The notes under the pieces: model-generated
The model's input: only the letters and a program-made list of their open reading frames with translations
Told to the model about the DNA's origin: nothing
Database searches by the model: none
Program-made: the position numbers and the translations under genes
NCBI GenBank assembly: GCA_928722015.1
Contig: CAKMWI010000008.1
Coordinates: forward strand, 212,837-276,836
Direction: 5' to 3'
Origin: Candidatus Gastranaerophilales bacterium
Lineage (GTDB): Bacteria; Cyanobacteriota; Vampirovibrionia; Gastranaerophilales; Gastranaerophilaceae
DNA: 64,000 bases
Shown: positions 41,357-50,882 of the stretch, piece by piece
Layout: each line of letters opens with the position of its first letter
How positions within the stretch are numbered: position 1 is the first letter of the stretch

Positions 41357-42484
41357 TTACTTAATCCTCATATTTACTGTGTCTGAAATCCAATTAATTA
41401 TTTGTTTTTTGTATTCTTGCGAATATGCTATTTCATATATATTTTTTCTTTCTGGAAATATCCCTATAATGGAATAACATTTTGAAACTTGGGATTCTGG
41501 AATTTTGTCAAATCTATATCGCTTTTTGAAGTTAGTGTATAAAACAATATGCGGTTTATTGGTTTCAGATAATATCTCTGATAATCCGCTTCTTAATGAT
41601 ATTATTGCAGTGGCCTTAGATGCTAGAGTATAAGCTTCTCCTATGCTGAAATTTTTATTATTTCTTATTGTTTTTATATGGAGCTGTTTTTCCAGTTCAT
41701 TCCAAAATTCTTCGTCTAAGCATTCGCATGTATTTGCTTTAGTAGAAATAAATATAAATTTACTGATATTATGCTCTTTTAAATATTCAGATACGTTTTT
41801 TTGTACTTCAGGTTTGATTTTTATTTTGTTAATTTCAAAAATATTTTCTTTTGATAGCATAAAATAGTTATATATCTCAGATAAATAATGGCACTGACCA
41901 AGTCTAACTTTATCCTCTGTTTCTATATAAAATTTCATTGGAAATGCTGTATATACATATTTATTATCTATAGTGAAATATTTTTGACTTGTTTCATACT
42001 TGAGGTTTGTAAGAAGTTTGCAATCGATATCTGGAGTCAGCATTTCAATTAACTCAAGATGGTACTTTTTTGTCGCAATAATAATTGGAGTATCTGATTT
42101 TTCTATCAGTCCGTTGAATATGTATTTCAGGAATAGATAAGCTTCTCCAAGATTTGATTTAAGTATGAATATTTTATTATATTTGTTACTAAGGTATTTT
42201 TTTAAAATTCTTTTTGTTTGTTCTGTTTTATTTATTTTCTTTTTAAAAATATCAAGAATGTTATATTCAATACTGTCATCATCTTCTGTTCGAGTAATTA
42301 TTTTTCTATTACAAATGTTTATTGTTCTGGTTTCTGTGAAGTTCTTATAAATTTTTTCTTTAGAAATTAGCCCAAGAAATATTTTAGTCTTGTGGTTATA
42401 GTCTTTTTGTTCTGAAAATAATTTGATACCAAATAAATTATACTCTTTTTTATTTTTTGATAAATTCAATGCAAAGTGCTCCAA
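41357..42484 (-). CDS. GT9-family-like glycosyltransferase (heptosyltransferase-like), paralog of 36773-37876
   Basis: KIFILKSNLGEAYLFLKYIFNGL resembles the GT9 N-terminal K(I)L(V)I(R)..(S)LGD motif. The C-terminal ATAIISLRSGLSEILSETNKPHIVLY resembles GNDSGPMHLAAALGTP. Confidence 0.45.
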   Translation of the reverse strand: MEHFALNLSKNKKEYNLFGIKLFSEQKDYNHKTKIFLGLISKEKIYKNFTETRTINICNRKIITRTEDDDSIEYNILDIFKKKINKTEQTKRILKKYLSNKYNKIFILKSNLGEAYLFLKYIFNGLIEKSDTPIIIATKKYHLELIEMLTPDIDCKLLTNLKYETSQKYFTIDNKYVYTAFPMKFYIETEDKVRLGQCHYLSEIYNYFMLSKENIFEINKIKIKPEVQKNVSEYLKEHNISKFIFISTKANTCECLDEEFWNELEKQLHIKTIRNNKNFSIGEAYTLASKATAIISLRSGLSEILSETNKPHIVLYTNFKKRYRFDKIPESQVSKCYSIIGIFPERKNIYEIAYSQEYKKQIINWISDTVNMRIK

Positions 42485-42487
42485 ATT

Positions 42488-44272
42488 TTAAACTTGAATT
42501 AAATCCTGCTGTCTAAATTGTGCTTCGTATAAACTTTTATATGCCCCGTTTTCAATTTTTAGAAGTTCTTCATGTGTTCCTTCTTCGACAATATGTGCTT
42601 TGTTTACGACAATTATTTTATCCGCATTTTTTATCGTGGATAGTCTATGTGCGATTACAAATACTGTTTTGTCTTTCATTAAATTATCAATCGCTTTTTG
42701 CACAACTGCTTCGGCTTTATTATCAAGAGCAGATGTGGCTTCATCCAGGACAACGATAGGTGCATTTTTTAGAAAAGCTCTTGCTATTGCTATTCTTTGT
42801 TTTTGGCCTCCTGAAAGTCGAATTCCACGTTCTCCTATTTCTGTATTTAATCCTTTTTCAAGGGATGTTACAAATTCTTCAAGGCATGCCATTTTTACTG
42901 ATAATTTAATTTCATCTTCTGTTGCATCGGGTTTACCAAGTAATATGTTTTCTTTTATTGTGCCGGAAAATAAGAAATTATCTTGAAAAACGACGGCGAT
43001 GTTTGCTCTTAAAGAGGCAAGTTCAAAGTTTTTTATATTAACACCGTCGAATAGTATTTCTCCTGATTCTAAATTGTAAAACCTTGGTAATAGATTTACC
43101 AGTGTTGTTTTTCCGCCTCCGGAATTTCCAACGAAGGCTGTTGTTGTTCCGGCTTTTACTTTAAAGTTTATATTTTCCAGTACGTCAGGTAATTTAGGAC
43201 TGTATCTGAAAAATACATTTTTATATTCAATACTTTCATTAAGCCCTTGCATTTTTATGCAATTTGGATTGTCCAAAATTTGCGGTTTACGGTTTAGCAT
43301 TCCAAAGATTCTGTCAATTGCCATAAACGAAAATTGAACATCATTTAGATTGTTACCGAGATTTTTTATAGGTGTGTAAAGCATAATTAATGCAGTTATG
43401 AAAGAGACAAAATTTCCGCTTGTAATGGTTTTTGTTATAATTAAATGGCTGCCGTATCCTATAGCTGCACCTATTCCTATTGAAACTATTACATGCATCA
43501 TAGGGGAAAGCCAAGATGTCCTCTGTGTGATTTTTATTTTAAAGTTAAATATATTATCTTGTACTTCATCAAATTTTTTCATTTGAATGTTTTCGAGGTT
43601 ATATGAGGTGATAGTTTTGTTTCCTGCGTAGGTTTCATTATAGATGGTTATGATTTTTGAGCCTGCTGTAACCGATTTATTCATAACTTCTTTGATTCTG
43701 TCTCTAATTTTTGCTAAAGGAAGAAATGCGCATCCTAGAACTGTTATAGCTATTATTGAAAGCTGCCAAGAATTGTATATTAAAACTGCAGTGAGAGATA
43801 TTGAAGAAAATAATCTTGATATAAAAGTTTTCAAGTTATTTAGTAACCCGCTGCAGGCAAGATCTGCATCTTTATTAAATCGATATATAATGTCTCCTGA
43901 TTTTCTTGAGTCAAAAAAAGCTGTTTCAAAATGTAGTAGGCTCTTATATAAATCTCGTTTTAAATCATTTGTTATTTTTCCTCCAACCCAGGTATTGAGG
44001 TATATTGCAAGGTAATTTAGTAATCCTTGAATGCATGTGAATAATACTATTCCTAAAGGTATGTACCATGGTGAGTGTATTGATTTATCAACCATGACGA
44101 TGTCCATATAAGGCTTTAGCGCCAGCGCTATTACTGCGTCCAGTGAACCTATTGGAATGCAAATTAGAATGGCCATTATTGCTCTAAAGCTGTATGGCTT
44201 TATATATGGCCACATTCGCTTATAATTTTTGACAAACTCAATTTTTGCAACTTTTGATTTAATTTTATCCAT
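42488..44272 (-). CDS. ABC exporter, fused TMD-NBD, MsbA/lipid-flippase-like
   Basis: Six N-terminal TM helices. Walker A GNSGGGKTT. ABC signature LSGGQKQRIAIARA. Walker B VVLDEATSALD. Confidence 0.85.
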   Translation of the reverse strand: MDKIKSKVAKIEFVKNYKRMWPYIKPYSFRAIMAILICIPIGSLDAVIALALKPYMDIVMVDKSIHSPWYIPLGIVLFTCIQGLLNYLAIYLNTWVGGKITNDLKRDLYKSLLHFETAFFDSRKSGDIIYRFNKDADLACSGLLNNLKTFISRLFSSISLTAVLIYNSWQLSIIAITVLGCAFLPLAKIRDRIKEVMNKSVTAGSKIITIYNETYAGNKTITSYNLENIQMKKFDEVQDNIFNFKIKITQRTSWLSPMMHVIVSIGIGAAIGYGSHLIITKTITSGNFVSFITALIMLYTPIKNLGNNLNDVQFSFMAIDRIFGMLNRKPQILDNPNCIKMQGLNESIEYKNVFFRYSPKLPDVLENINFKVKAGTTTAFVGNSGGGKTTLVNLLPRFYNLESGEILFDGVNIKNFELASLRANIAVVFQDNFLFSGTIKENILLGKPDATEDEIKLSVKMACLEEFVTSLEKGLNTEIGERGIRLSGGQKQRIAIARAFLKNAPIVVLDEATSALDNKAEAVVQKAIDNLMKDKTVFVIAHRLSTIKNADKIIVVNKAHIVEEGTHEELLKIENGAYKSLYEAQFRQQDLIQV

Positions 44273-44399
44273 AGAAGTAATCCCAAATAGAAAGTTCTCT
44301 CCTTTGACAATTTTAATATGGTGAACTTGAAATGTGAGAATTTACAAAAAAAAGATTAGCCGAGTGGCTAATCTTTACGTAATATAAATTTACAATCTG

Positions 44400-45416
44400 T
44401 CAATTATTTATAACACTATCGAATCCATTCCAATTAAATGATTTTGTGTTTACTTTTAGTGAATTTTGGGCCGGATTTTGAGTTTTTAACTCTTTAAATT
44501 GGTCTTTAAAATCTTTTTTTAAATCAAGCATGGGAAGATTAAATTCTTTTGCTATTTTATCAATTTTAATATCATAGTTTATTGCAAGAATTTTAGCTTG
44601 AGTAAGTAATCCAACAATTATTGCATGGAATCTCATTGCAATTAAATACTCGGCTTTTGACAAATTTTCTATAATTTCTTCATTTGTAAGATTATAATAT
44701 AATTTTGTTTTTATATCCGGATTGAGCAGGTTAACTGCTTTTTCAAACTTCTTGCAGATATCTGTATCGATTGAATCTTGAAATGAATAAATTTCTATAT
44801 TTTTATCAGGAAATTCTTTGCAAACTTTCTGTGCAAGTCTGTCTATAAAGTCTTCACTCATTGTTCTAAAGTTTCGTAACTGTACTGCTACAGTATTTGA
44901 TTTTATTATTTTATTTGTTTCTATAGAAAATATTGGATCGCATAGCAGGTCTGCTTTTATTCCCCAATTTTTTAGTAATTCTAAACTCTTTTCATCTCTT
45001 ACGCTTACATAGTTACAGTGTTTTAGGAGATTTTTTGTAAGAACTATTCCTATAAAACTATTTATAGGTCCAATTCCTTGAGCAAAAATAATAACAGTTT
45101 TTCTTAATACTAGTCCGACAAATATAATGAATAAATAATATATAAGACTTTTTAAACTTGTCGCATCTTGTAAAAGACTACCGCCACCGGATATTACTAC
45201 ATCTGATTTTGATATTGCACCTATTATATCCGGAATTTTAAATGTATAAACACTACGTATATGTTTATATTGTTTCATCGTATATTTAGGATCCGAAGAT
45301 ATAACTGTAATTCTGTGTTTATCAAGTTTTAATTTTTTTATCAGCACAGATAAAATTGCTTCGTCTCCAAAATTTTTAAATCCAAAATATCCTGATAAAA
45401 CAAATCTTTTACTCAT
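44400..45416 (-). CDS. Polysaccharide pyruvyl transferase (CsaB/WcaK family)
   Basis: N-terminal GYFGFKNFGDEAILSVLI and C-terminal IAMRFHAIIVGL motifs match the family. Confidence 0.7.
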   Translation of the reverse strand: MSKRFVLSGYFGFKNFGDEAILSVLIKKLKLDKHRITVISSDPKYTMKQYKHIRSVYTFKIPDIIGAISKSDVVISGGGSLLQDATSLKSLIYYLFIIFVGLVLRKTVIIFAQGIGPINSFIGIVLTKNLLKHCNYVSVRDEKSLELLKNWGIKADLLCDPIFSIETNKIIKSNTVAVQLRNFRTMSEDFIDRLAQKVCKEFPDKNIEIYSFQDSIDTDICKKFEKAVNLLNPDIKTKLYYNLTNEEIIENLSKAEYLIAMRFHAIIVGLLTQAKILAINYDIKIDKIAKEFNLPMLDLKKDFKDQFKELKTQNPAQNSLKVNTKSFNWNGFDSVINN

Positions 45417-46363
45417 TAAAAATCCTCAGTTTTGAAGATATTATAGACTTCTTCATAGTGAGGGATTGATTTTACGGCTCCAATTCCCTGTGCTTGCAAA
45501 CCTGCAGCTATCGATGCAATCTTACCTGCTTCAATTGCAGAATAACCGTTTGCAATTGAATGTAAGTATGCTCCGTTAAAAGCATCTCCTGAAGATGTAG
45601 TATCTATAATATTTTCAGTGTAAAAAGGAACAAAATTTGTGTTGCCTTGGCAATTGATAAAGTAACCCTTATTTTCGCTTGATTTAATAACTATAGTTTG
45701 GATTCCCTGGTCTGTAAGGTATTTTGTTATATTTTCAAGAGATGCTATTTCAAAAATACTTTTTGTGTCATATTTTGAACTCATAAAAAGAATATCTGTT
45801 AAAGGTGCAATTTCATCAAAATATTCTCTTGCATCTTCCTGCGTAGAAATAAGTGGAGAATAATTTGGATCATAGGCGGTTATAATATTATTCTCTTTTG
45901 CTATTTCAAATGCTTTTTTAACGGCTTCTCTGGCAGCCATTGATAGTGATTGAGTAATACCTGATGCATATATAATTTTAGAACTTGTAATATAATCTGA
46001 GTCAATGTCATCTATAGATAACTTTGCAGGTGCAATTTTCTTTCTGTAGTATGAAAATTCTTTATCGTGCAAAGATGTTCTTGAAACCATATAAAGTCCG
46101 TTTTTCTCATTGACGATTTTTACATGAGTAGTATCAAGTCCTTCTTTTTCCCAGCTGGAAAGTAAATATTCTTTAAAAGCATCGTCTCCAAGGCATGTAA
46201 TATATCCAACAGCAGAATTTAATCTTTTTGCCGCTATTGCTACAACTAATGAATCTCCTCCATAATATTTATGAAGGCATTCTGCATCTTTTAGTCTTTG
46301 ATTTGTTGAAAATTCAATTAAACTTTCACCAATTGTTATTAAATCAAATGTGTTTTCTCTCAT
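45416..46363 (-). CDS. PfkB-family carbohydrate kinase, 2-dehydro-3-deoxygluconokinase (KdgK)-like
   Basis: N-terminal LITIGESLIEF and C-terminal DTTSSGDAFNGAYL are PfkB signatures. Its stop overlaps the next gene's start. Confidence 0.7.
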   Translation of the reverse strand: MRENTFDLITIGESLIEFSTNQRLKDAECLHKYYGGDSLVVAIAAKRLNSAVGYITCLGDDAFKEYLLSSWEKEGLDTTHVKIVNEKNGLYMVSRTSLHDKEFSYYRKKIAPAKLSIDDIDSDYITSSKIIYASGITQSLSMAAREAVKKAFEIAKENNIITAYDPNYSPLISTQEDAREYFDEIAPLTDILFMSSKYDTKSIFEIASLENITKYLTDQGIQTIVIKSSENKGYFINCQGNTNFVPFYTENIIDTTSSGDAFNGAYLHSIANGYSAIEAGKIASIAAGLQAQGIGAVKSIPHYEEVYNIFKTEDF

Positions 46364-46366
46364 ATT

Positions 46367-46972
46367 TTAGTTTAACTGCTCCAATAATTTTTTTGTTCTT
46401 GCTGTTATTTCACTATAAGAGTCTGCTACTGTCAAATGTCGTCCGACACCTACTGCGAGCGCTCCTGCCTTGAGGTAACTTGAAACTTCTTCTAATTGAA
46501 CATTTCCCTGTGGAATAACTTTTAAAAATGGCATAGGCCTTAATAAGTTTTCGATATATTCAGCACCACCCATATCTGTAATAGGGTATATTTTAACAAT
46601 TGAAATCCTTGATTTCCAAGCATTATAAGCTTCATTTGCCGTTGTAGTTCCTGCTATGAAGGGTAATCGTTTATCCTTTGAAATTTTGAGTAAATTCGTT
46701 TGGAATATTGGTGAAGAAATAATTTTGGCACCTGAGTCAATTGCAGCTTGTGCTTGCATTGAAGTTATAATTCCTCCGGCACAAATAGTTGCTTCATTTG
46801 AAAGAGTCTTAATTGCATTAAAAATTTTTGGGGTCTCGACATTTATTTCCATGATATCAAGTCCGCCATCTATTAAGGCTCTTGCTGTACCTATTACTTC
46901 TTGTATGTCTGTACTTCTTATTATTGGAAATACTTTATTTTCTGAAAGTTTTTTAAATAAATTTATGTTCAT
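46367..46972 (-). CDS. KDPG/KHG aldolase (Eda family)
   Basis: VFPIIRS...MEINVETP...CAGGIIT...FIAGTTTANEA...VKIYPI...VIPQGNV aligns with the E. coli Eda blocks, including the Schiff-base Lys context. Confidence 0.7.
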   Translation of the reverse strand: MNINLFKKLSENKVFPIIRSTDIQEVIGTARALIDGGLDIMEINVETPKIFNAIKTLSNEATICAGGIITSMQAQAAIDSGAKIISSPIFQTNLLKISKDKRLPFIAGTTTANEAYNAWKSRISIVKIYPITDMGGAEYIENLLRPMPFLKVIPQGNVQLEEVSSYLKAGALAVGVGRHLTVADSYSEITARTKKLLEQLN

Positions 46973-47038
46973 AATCTGTCCTTTTTTTTGAATTTATTAT
47001 ATCATAAAATAAAATTCACTGGGGAGCAGATTAAGATT

Positions 47039-49027
47039 ATGAAAAATTTAAAAAACAAATGGTTTTATTTTAACTCTAGTTTATTATATTTGGTGTTAAT
47101 ATTTGTATTTTTTATATTATCACTCATGTTTATTGAACAATATGCAAATAGTTTTTTAATATCTAATTTTGCGGCTAATAAAACTGGTTCACAGGATATT
47201 ATAGAAATTGTTGTGGATGATAAATCAATTCAAGAGTACAAATGGCCTTGGGCAAAAGATATGTATGCTCAAATATTGGATTATTTTCACTCTTATGCTT
47301 CTCCGAAGGTTATTGGTTTTGACATGAATGTTACGACTTTTGATGAAAATAATTCAAAAGATATGCAGTTTGCAACTCAGGTAGGTAAGATGCCAAATCT
47401 TGTTTCAGGTTTTGTTCCTGAGATTGATAATGATAATTCTGAAAAAGTTTTTTTAACTGATTTTGCAAAAAAATATTCTATTGATACAGATGTAAAACTT
47501 GAGAATCCGACTACTATATATAACGGTATTGTAAATCCTCCAGAGGCTTTGTTGAATTCTGTTAATAATTACGGTTCTGTAAAAATAGAAAGTGCAACCG
47601 GTTCCGGATATTTATTTTCTACTATAAATCTTGTGAAAATACAGGATGCTTTTTATCCATCGTTACCGTTAAAAATGTATCTGTTAGAAAATAATACCAA
47701 TAAAATTATTCTTGACCCTAGTAATATTATTGTTCCAAAAACTGGTTTAAAGATTCCTTATATGTATAAAAGCGATGGGGTTGCAAAAACATTTATAAGA
47801 TACTATAAAAATATTGTCAAAAAGGATATTATCACAGATTATTCCCATCCGAATGTGTCTGCTTCTCTTATTATCGATTCGTACAGGGCATTGAAATCAG
47901 GAATAACCCCGCAAAACCATCCTGAAATGTTTGCTGTTGGGACTGGCAAATATATTAATCCTATGTTGTTTAAAGATAAAACAGTGTTAATTGGAGCAAA
48001 TATTTCCGGTCCTTCAGCTGATGTGTTGCTTACTCCTATGGCAATGCGTCATCCGGGAGTTGATATTCAGGCTACAATTTATGATAATTTGATTAATAAC
48101 CATTTTCTGAAATTTGCAGGTGTAGGTGTTGGATTTCTCTCTTTCATAATATTATCCTTGTTGGCTTTTATTGTGATTTTAAAATTTAAGTTTTTTAAAG
48201 GAATACTTTCAATTATATTTGTCGATATTTTATATTTAATTTTTGTATTTATCTGTGCACATAATGGTTATATTATCAGTTTTGCAGTGCCGTTAGTTTT
48301 GCAGTTTGTAACAGTTGTTTTCGGGTATTCATTTAAATTTATCTCAGAGAATAGAAATAAAGAAAAAATTAAGCAGGCTATGGGTAAATACCTATCTCAA
48401 GATGTAATGAAAAATGTTGTAAGGAATATTGATGATTTAAAATTAGGCGGGAAAAGGGCTATTGTAACGGTTTTATTTTCTGATATAAGAGGTTTTACAA
48501 GTCTAAGTGAAAAGATGTCTGCTGAAGAAGTATCAATGATTTTAAATGAATATTTTGCGGAAATGGAACCTATTATCTCAAAATATAATGGTGTAATTAA
48601 TAAATTTATAGGTGATGCGGTTATGGCTATCTTTGGCGAACCTATTCAAGATATAAATCATGCCCAAAATGCTGTAAAATGTGCCTATGAAATGCTTAAA
48701 AAGGTAGAGTATCTTCGTGAAAAATGGTTATTTGAAGGCAAACCAAAAATTGAAATAGGAATAGGTATTAATACCGGTGAAGTATTTATAGGTAATATTG
48801 GTACAGAAACAAGGATGGAGTATACGGTTATTGGTGATACGGTCAATTTAGCCAGCAGAATTGAAAGTTATAATAAAGTATATAAAACTAATTTGTTAGT
48901 AAGTAGTTCAACTTATTCTTCGATTTCTGATATTGCTGATGTTATAAAAATTAGTGAGGTTCAGATTCGTGGTAAGTCAAAGAAAATGAATATTTACGAA
49001 GTTTTAAGAATTGATGTTTCAAAATAA
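47039..49027 (+). CDS. CHASE2 sensor domain - class III adenylate/guanylate cyclase
   Basis: The N-terminal TM is followed by a periplasmic CHASE2-like region, then 3-4 TM helices. The C-terminus VTVLFSDIRGFTSLSE...FIGDAVMAIFGEP...IGINTGEVFIGNIG is a class III cyclase domain. The internal ATG at 47039 was chosen because the track start at 46988 is only 16 nt from the divergent gene. Confidence 0.8.
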   Translation: MKNLKNKWFYFNSSLLYLVLIFVFFILSLMFIEQYANSFLISNFAANKTGSQDIIEIVVDDKSIQEYKWPWAKDMYAQILDYFHSYASPKVIGFDMNVTTFDENNSKDMQFATQVGKMPNLVSGFVPEIDNDNSEKVFLTDFAKKYSIDTDVKLENPTTIYNGIVNPPEALLNSVNNYGSVKIESATGSGYLFSTINLVKIQDAFYPSLPLKMYLLENNTNKIILDPSNIIVPKTGLKIPYMYKSDGVAKTFIRYYKNIVKKDIITDYSHPNVSASLIIDSYRALKSGITPQNHPEMFAVGTGKYINPMLFKDKTVLIGANISGPSADVLLTPMAMRHPGVDIQATIYDNLINNHFLKFAGVGVGFLSFIILSLLAFIVILKFKFFKGILSIIFVDILYLIFVFICAHNGYIISFAVPLVLQFVTVVFGYSFKFISENRNKEKIKQAMGKYLSQDVMKNVVRNIDDLKLGGKRAIVTVLFSDIRGFTSLSEKMSAEEVSMILNEYFAEMEPIISKYNGVINKFIGDAVMAIFGEPIQDINHAQNAVKCAYEMLKKVEYLREKWLFEGKPKIEIGIGINTGEVFIGNIGTETRMEYTVIGDTVNLASRIESYNKVYKTNLLVSSSTYSSISDIADVIKISEVQIRGKSKKMNIYEVLRIDVSK

Positions 49028-49074
49028 TATTTGTAACTTAAGATAAAATAATCCGGCGTAAATGCCGGATTGTT

Positions 49075-49575
49075 TTATCTGTAATTTGTAAATTGTAGCG
49101 GATAATCGTATTTATCTTCATTTTTTCTAAGTGTTTGAATAACGGCTTGGAGGTCATCTTTGTCTTTACCTGATACTCTTACCTGGTCGCCTTGTATAGA
49201 TGCCTGCACTTTTAATTTTGTTGCTTTAATATCCGCTGTAATTTTTTTAGCTAATTCTTGATTTAATCCCTTTTTTAAATTAAATATTTGTCTTACATTT
49301 CCTCCTAAAGCATTTTCAGGGGCTTGTGCATCAAGTATTTTAAGACTTAATCCTCTTTTAACTAGTTTGGATTGCAGAATATCAACAATATTTTTTAATT
49401 TCATTTCATCATTTGTTGTTATAGTGATGCATTTATCTGCATCAAGTTCAACTTGTGAATTTGAATCTTTTAAATCGAATCTTGTTGTTAGTTCTCTTTT
49501 TACTTGGTCAATAGCATTGACAAGTTCTTGTTTATTATACTCAGATACAATATCAAAACTACATTCTTTTGCCAT
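49075..49575 (-). CDS. yajQ: YajQ-family (UPF0234) nucleotide/c-di-GMP-binding protein
   Basis: The start at 49575 (GGAG RBS upstream) gives MAKECSFDIVSEYNKQELVNAIDQVKRELTTRFDLKDS..., matching the YajQ N-terminus. The track ORF extends 33 codons further upstream without support. Confidence 0.75.
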   Translation of the reverse strand: MAKECSFDIVSEYNKQELVNAIDQVKRELTTRFDLKDSNSQVELDADKCITITTNDEMKLKNIVDILQSKLVKRGLSLKILDAQAPENALGGNVRQIFNLKKGLNQELAKKITADIKATKLKVQASIQGDQVRVSGKDKDDLQAVIQTLRKNEDKYDYPLQFTNYR

Positions 49576-49700
49576 AACATATTCTCCTTTATTTATTTCA
49601 AAATCTGAATTCAAAATGTTTTTAGATATATTAGCATAAAAAAGCAGGATATTACAATCCTGCCTATTACACACTACAAATCTACCTATTACTTAGAATT

Positions 49701-50048
49701 TTATTTTTTTATCTTTGTTTTGATTTTTTGAAATAAATTTTGTATACATTTAACAAGCTTTTTCCCGCCTTTAAAACATAAAACACCTGCTGTTATTGCG
49801 CCTGCTGCGATGAGCAATTTTTTGAATATAGCTTTATCGCGTTCTTTTCTTGTCGGTTGGTATATATCATTACTTAATTGTCCTTGAATTCGTGTACCAC
49901 TCATTGAGCCGGTAACTCCAGGAATAAAACCGCCACTTCCACCAAATGTTGCCGGAGCCATTGGAAGTATTGTATGTAAGTTACTTAATCCTATGTCATC
50001 AGTAAATGCTGGATTAGTAAGATTATATTGTACACTTGTATCTACCAT
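49701..50048 (-). CDS. Small Gly-rich protein with C-terminal TM, function unknown
   Basis: 115-aa ORF with FGGSGGFIPGVTGSMSG and a C-terminal hydrophobic segment. Confidence 0.35.
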   Translation of the reverse strand: MVDTSVQYNLTNPAFTDDIGLSNLHTILPMAPATFGGSGGFIPGVTGSMSGTRIQGQLSNDIYQPTRKERDKAIFKKLLIAAGAITAGVLCFKGGKKLVKCIQNLFQKIKTKIKK

Positions 50049-50163
50049 TTTTACCTTTAAAAATAACCTTATACCTACATTTATATAAAGTATTTTTTTG
50101 TAAAATAATTTACTTTTTTGTTTTCTTTTGGTTTAATAATCTTAACAATATGAGGAAAGTATT

Positions 50164-50460
50164 ATGAAAATGTTCAAAAGGTGGTATGATGCGGATTCTG
50201 TAGTGAGTAGAGCTATAAATGAGCTTGAGCATTCTTCAGAAGAAATTCAGGTTAGATGCGCAGATTATATTATTGATTTGTTGAAAGATGTTGAGTTGGA
50301 GCAATTGAGTCTTGAAGATCAATATAATTATATTATGCGCAGGTGGTATGACAAAAATGTTAAAGTCTCACATGCAATTGAATATTTGAGACTTTCTCCT
50401 GTTGAAGTCAGAAGAGAGACAGCATTAAAAGTAATAAAATTTTTAAAAGAATTATCTTAA
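50164..50460 (+). CDS. Small protein with internal tandem repeat (RWYD...VS.AIE.L), function unknown
   Basis: 98 aa. KRWYDADSVVSRAINELEHS (aa 5-24) and RRWYDKNVKVSHAIEYLRLS (aa 59-78) form a clear duplication. RBS GAGGAAAG lies upstream. Confidence 0.5.
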   Translation: MKMFKRWYDADSVVSRAINELEHSSEEIQVRCADYIIDLLKDVELEQLSLEDQYNYIMRRWYDKNVKVSHAIEYLRLSPVEVRRETALKVIKFLKELS

Positions 50461-50521
50461 TTTCTTAATATTTAGACTTTTATTTTTTTATATTGTTTAA
50501 TGTTATTGAGGAGGGATTATT

Positions 50522-50869
50522 GTGTCTGACGAAATAAATAAAAATGTAATAAATTTATTTTCCAATCATAATAATAATCGTATTTCGCCGGATATTAAAA
50601 ATAAAATTAAATACTATGCCGGATTTAATTATGTTAAAATAAAGAAGGATGCTAATGGAAATAAATTTAGCAAAGAACATTTATTAAAATACAGTTCAAA
50701 ATGTCATTATATGGTTACAGTAATGAGAGAAATGGATAATGAAGTTGTCTTATATTCTTATGATGTTCCAAATGACGATTTGTTTAAATTTATGAAGTCA
50801 TTTGATGAAAATACTTTAGACGGTAAAATTATTGAAATAGACAAATATTTCCCCGAAGATTTAGCATAA
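50522..50869 (+). CDS. Hypothetical protein
   Basis: 115-aa ORF with RBS GAGGAGGGA, ending 14 nt before the radical SAM gene. Confidence 0.45.
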   Translation: MSDEINKNVINLFSNHNNNRISPDIKNKIKYYAGFNYVKIKKDANGNKFSKEHLLKYSSKCHYMVTVMREMDNEVVLYSYDVPNDDLFKFMKSFDENTLDGKIIEIDKYFPEDLA

Positions 50870-50882
50870 GAGAAATAGGAAG

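Noticed and set aside
42520-44015. Several plus-strand ORFs inside the ABC exporter gene
   Set aside because: They are antisense to a CDS with complete Walker A, signature and Walker B motifs, and are considered spurious.
46988-47038. Upstream start of the CHASE2-cyclase ORF only 16 nt from the divergent eda-like start
   Set aside because: That would leave no room for divergent promoters. An internal in-frame ATG at 47039 precedes the first TM segment.
49576-49674. 33-codon N-terminal extension of the YajQ ORF (MCNRQDCNILLF...)
   Set aside because: YajQ homologs begin at the MAKE.. position. GGAG sits just upstream of that ATG, and the extension is Cys/Asn-rich junk.
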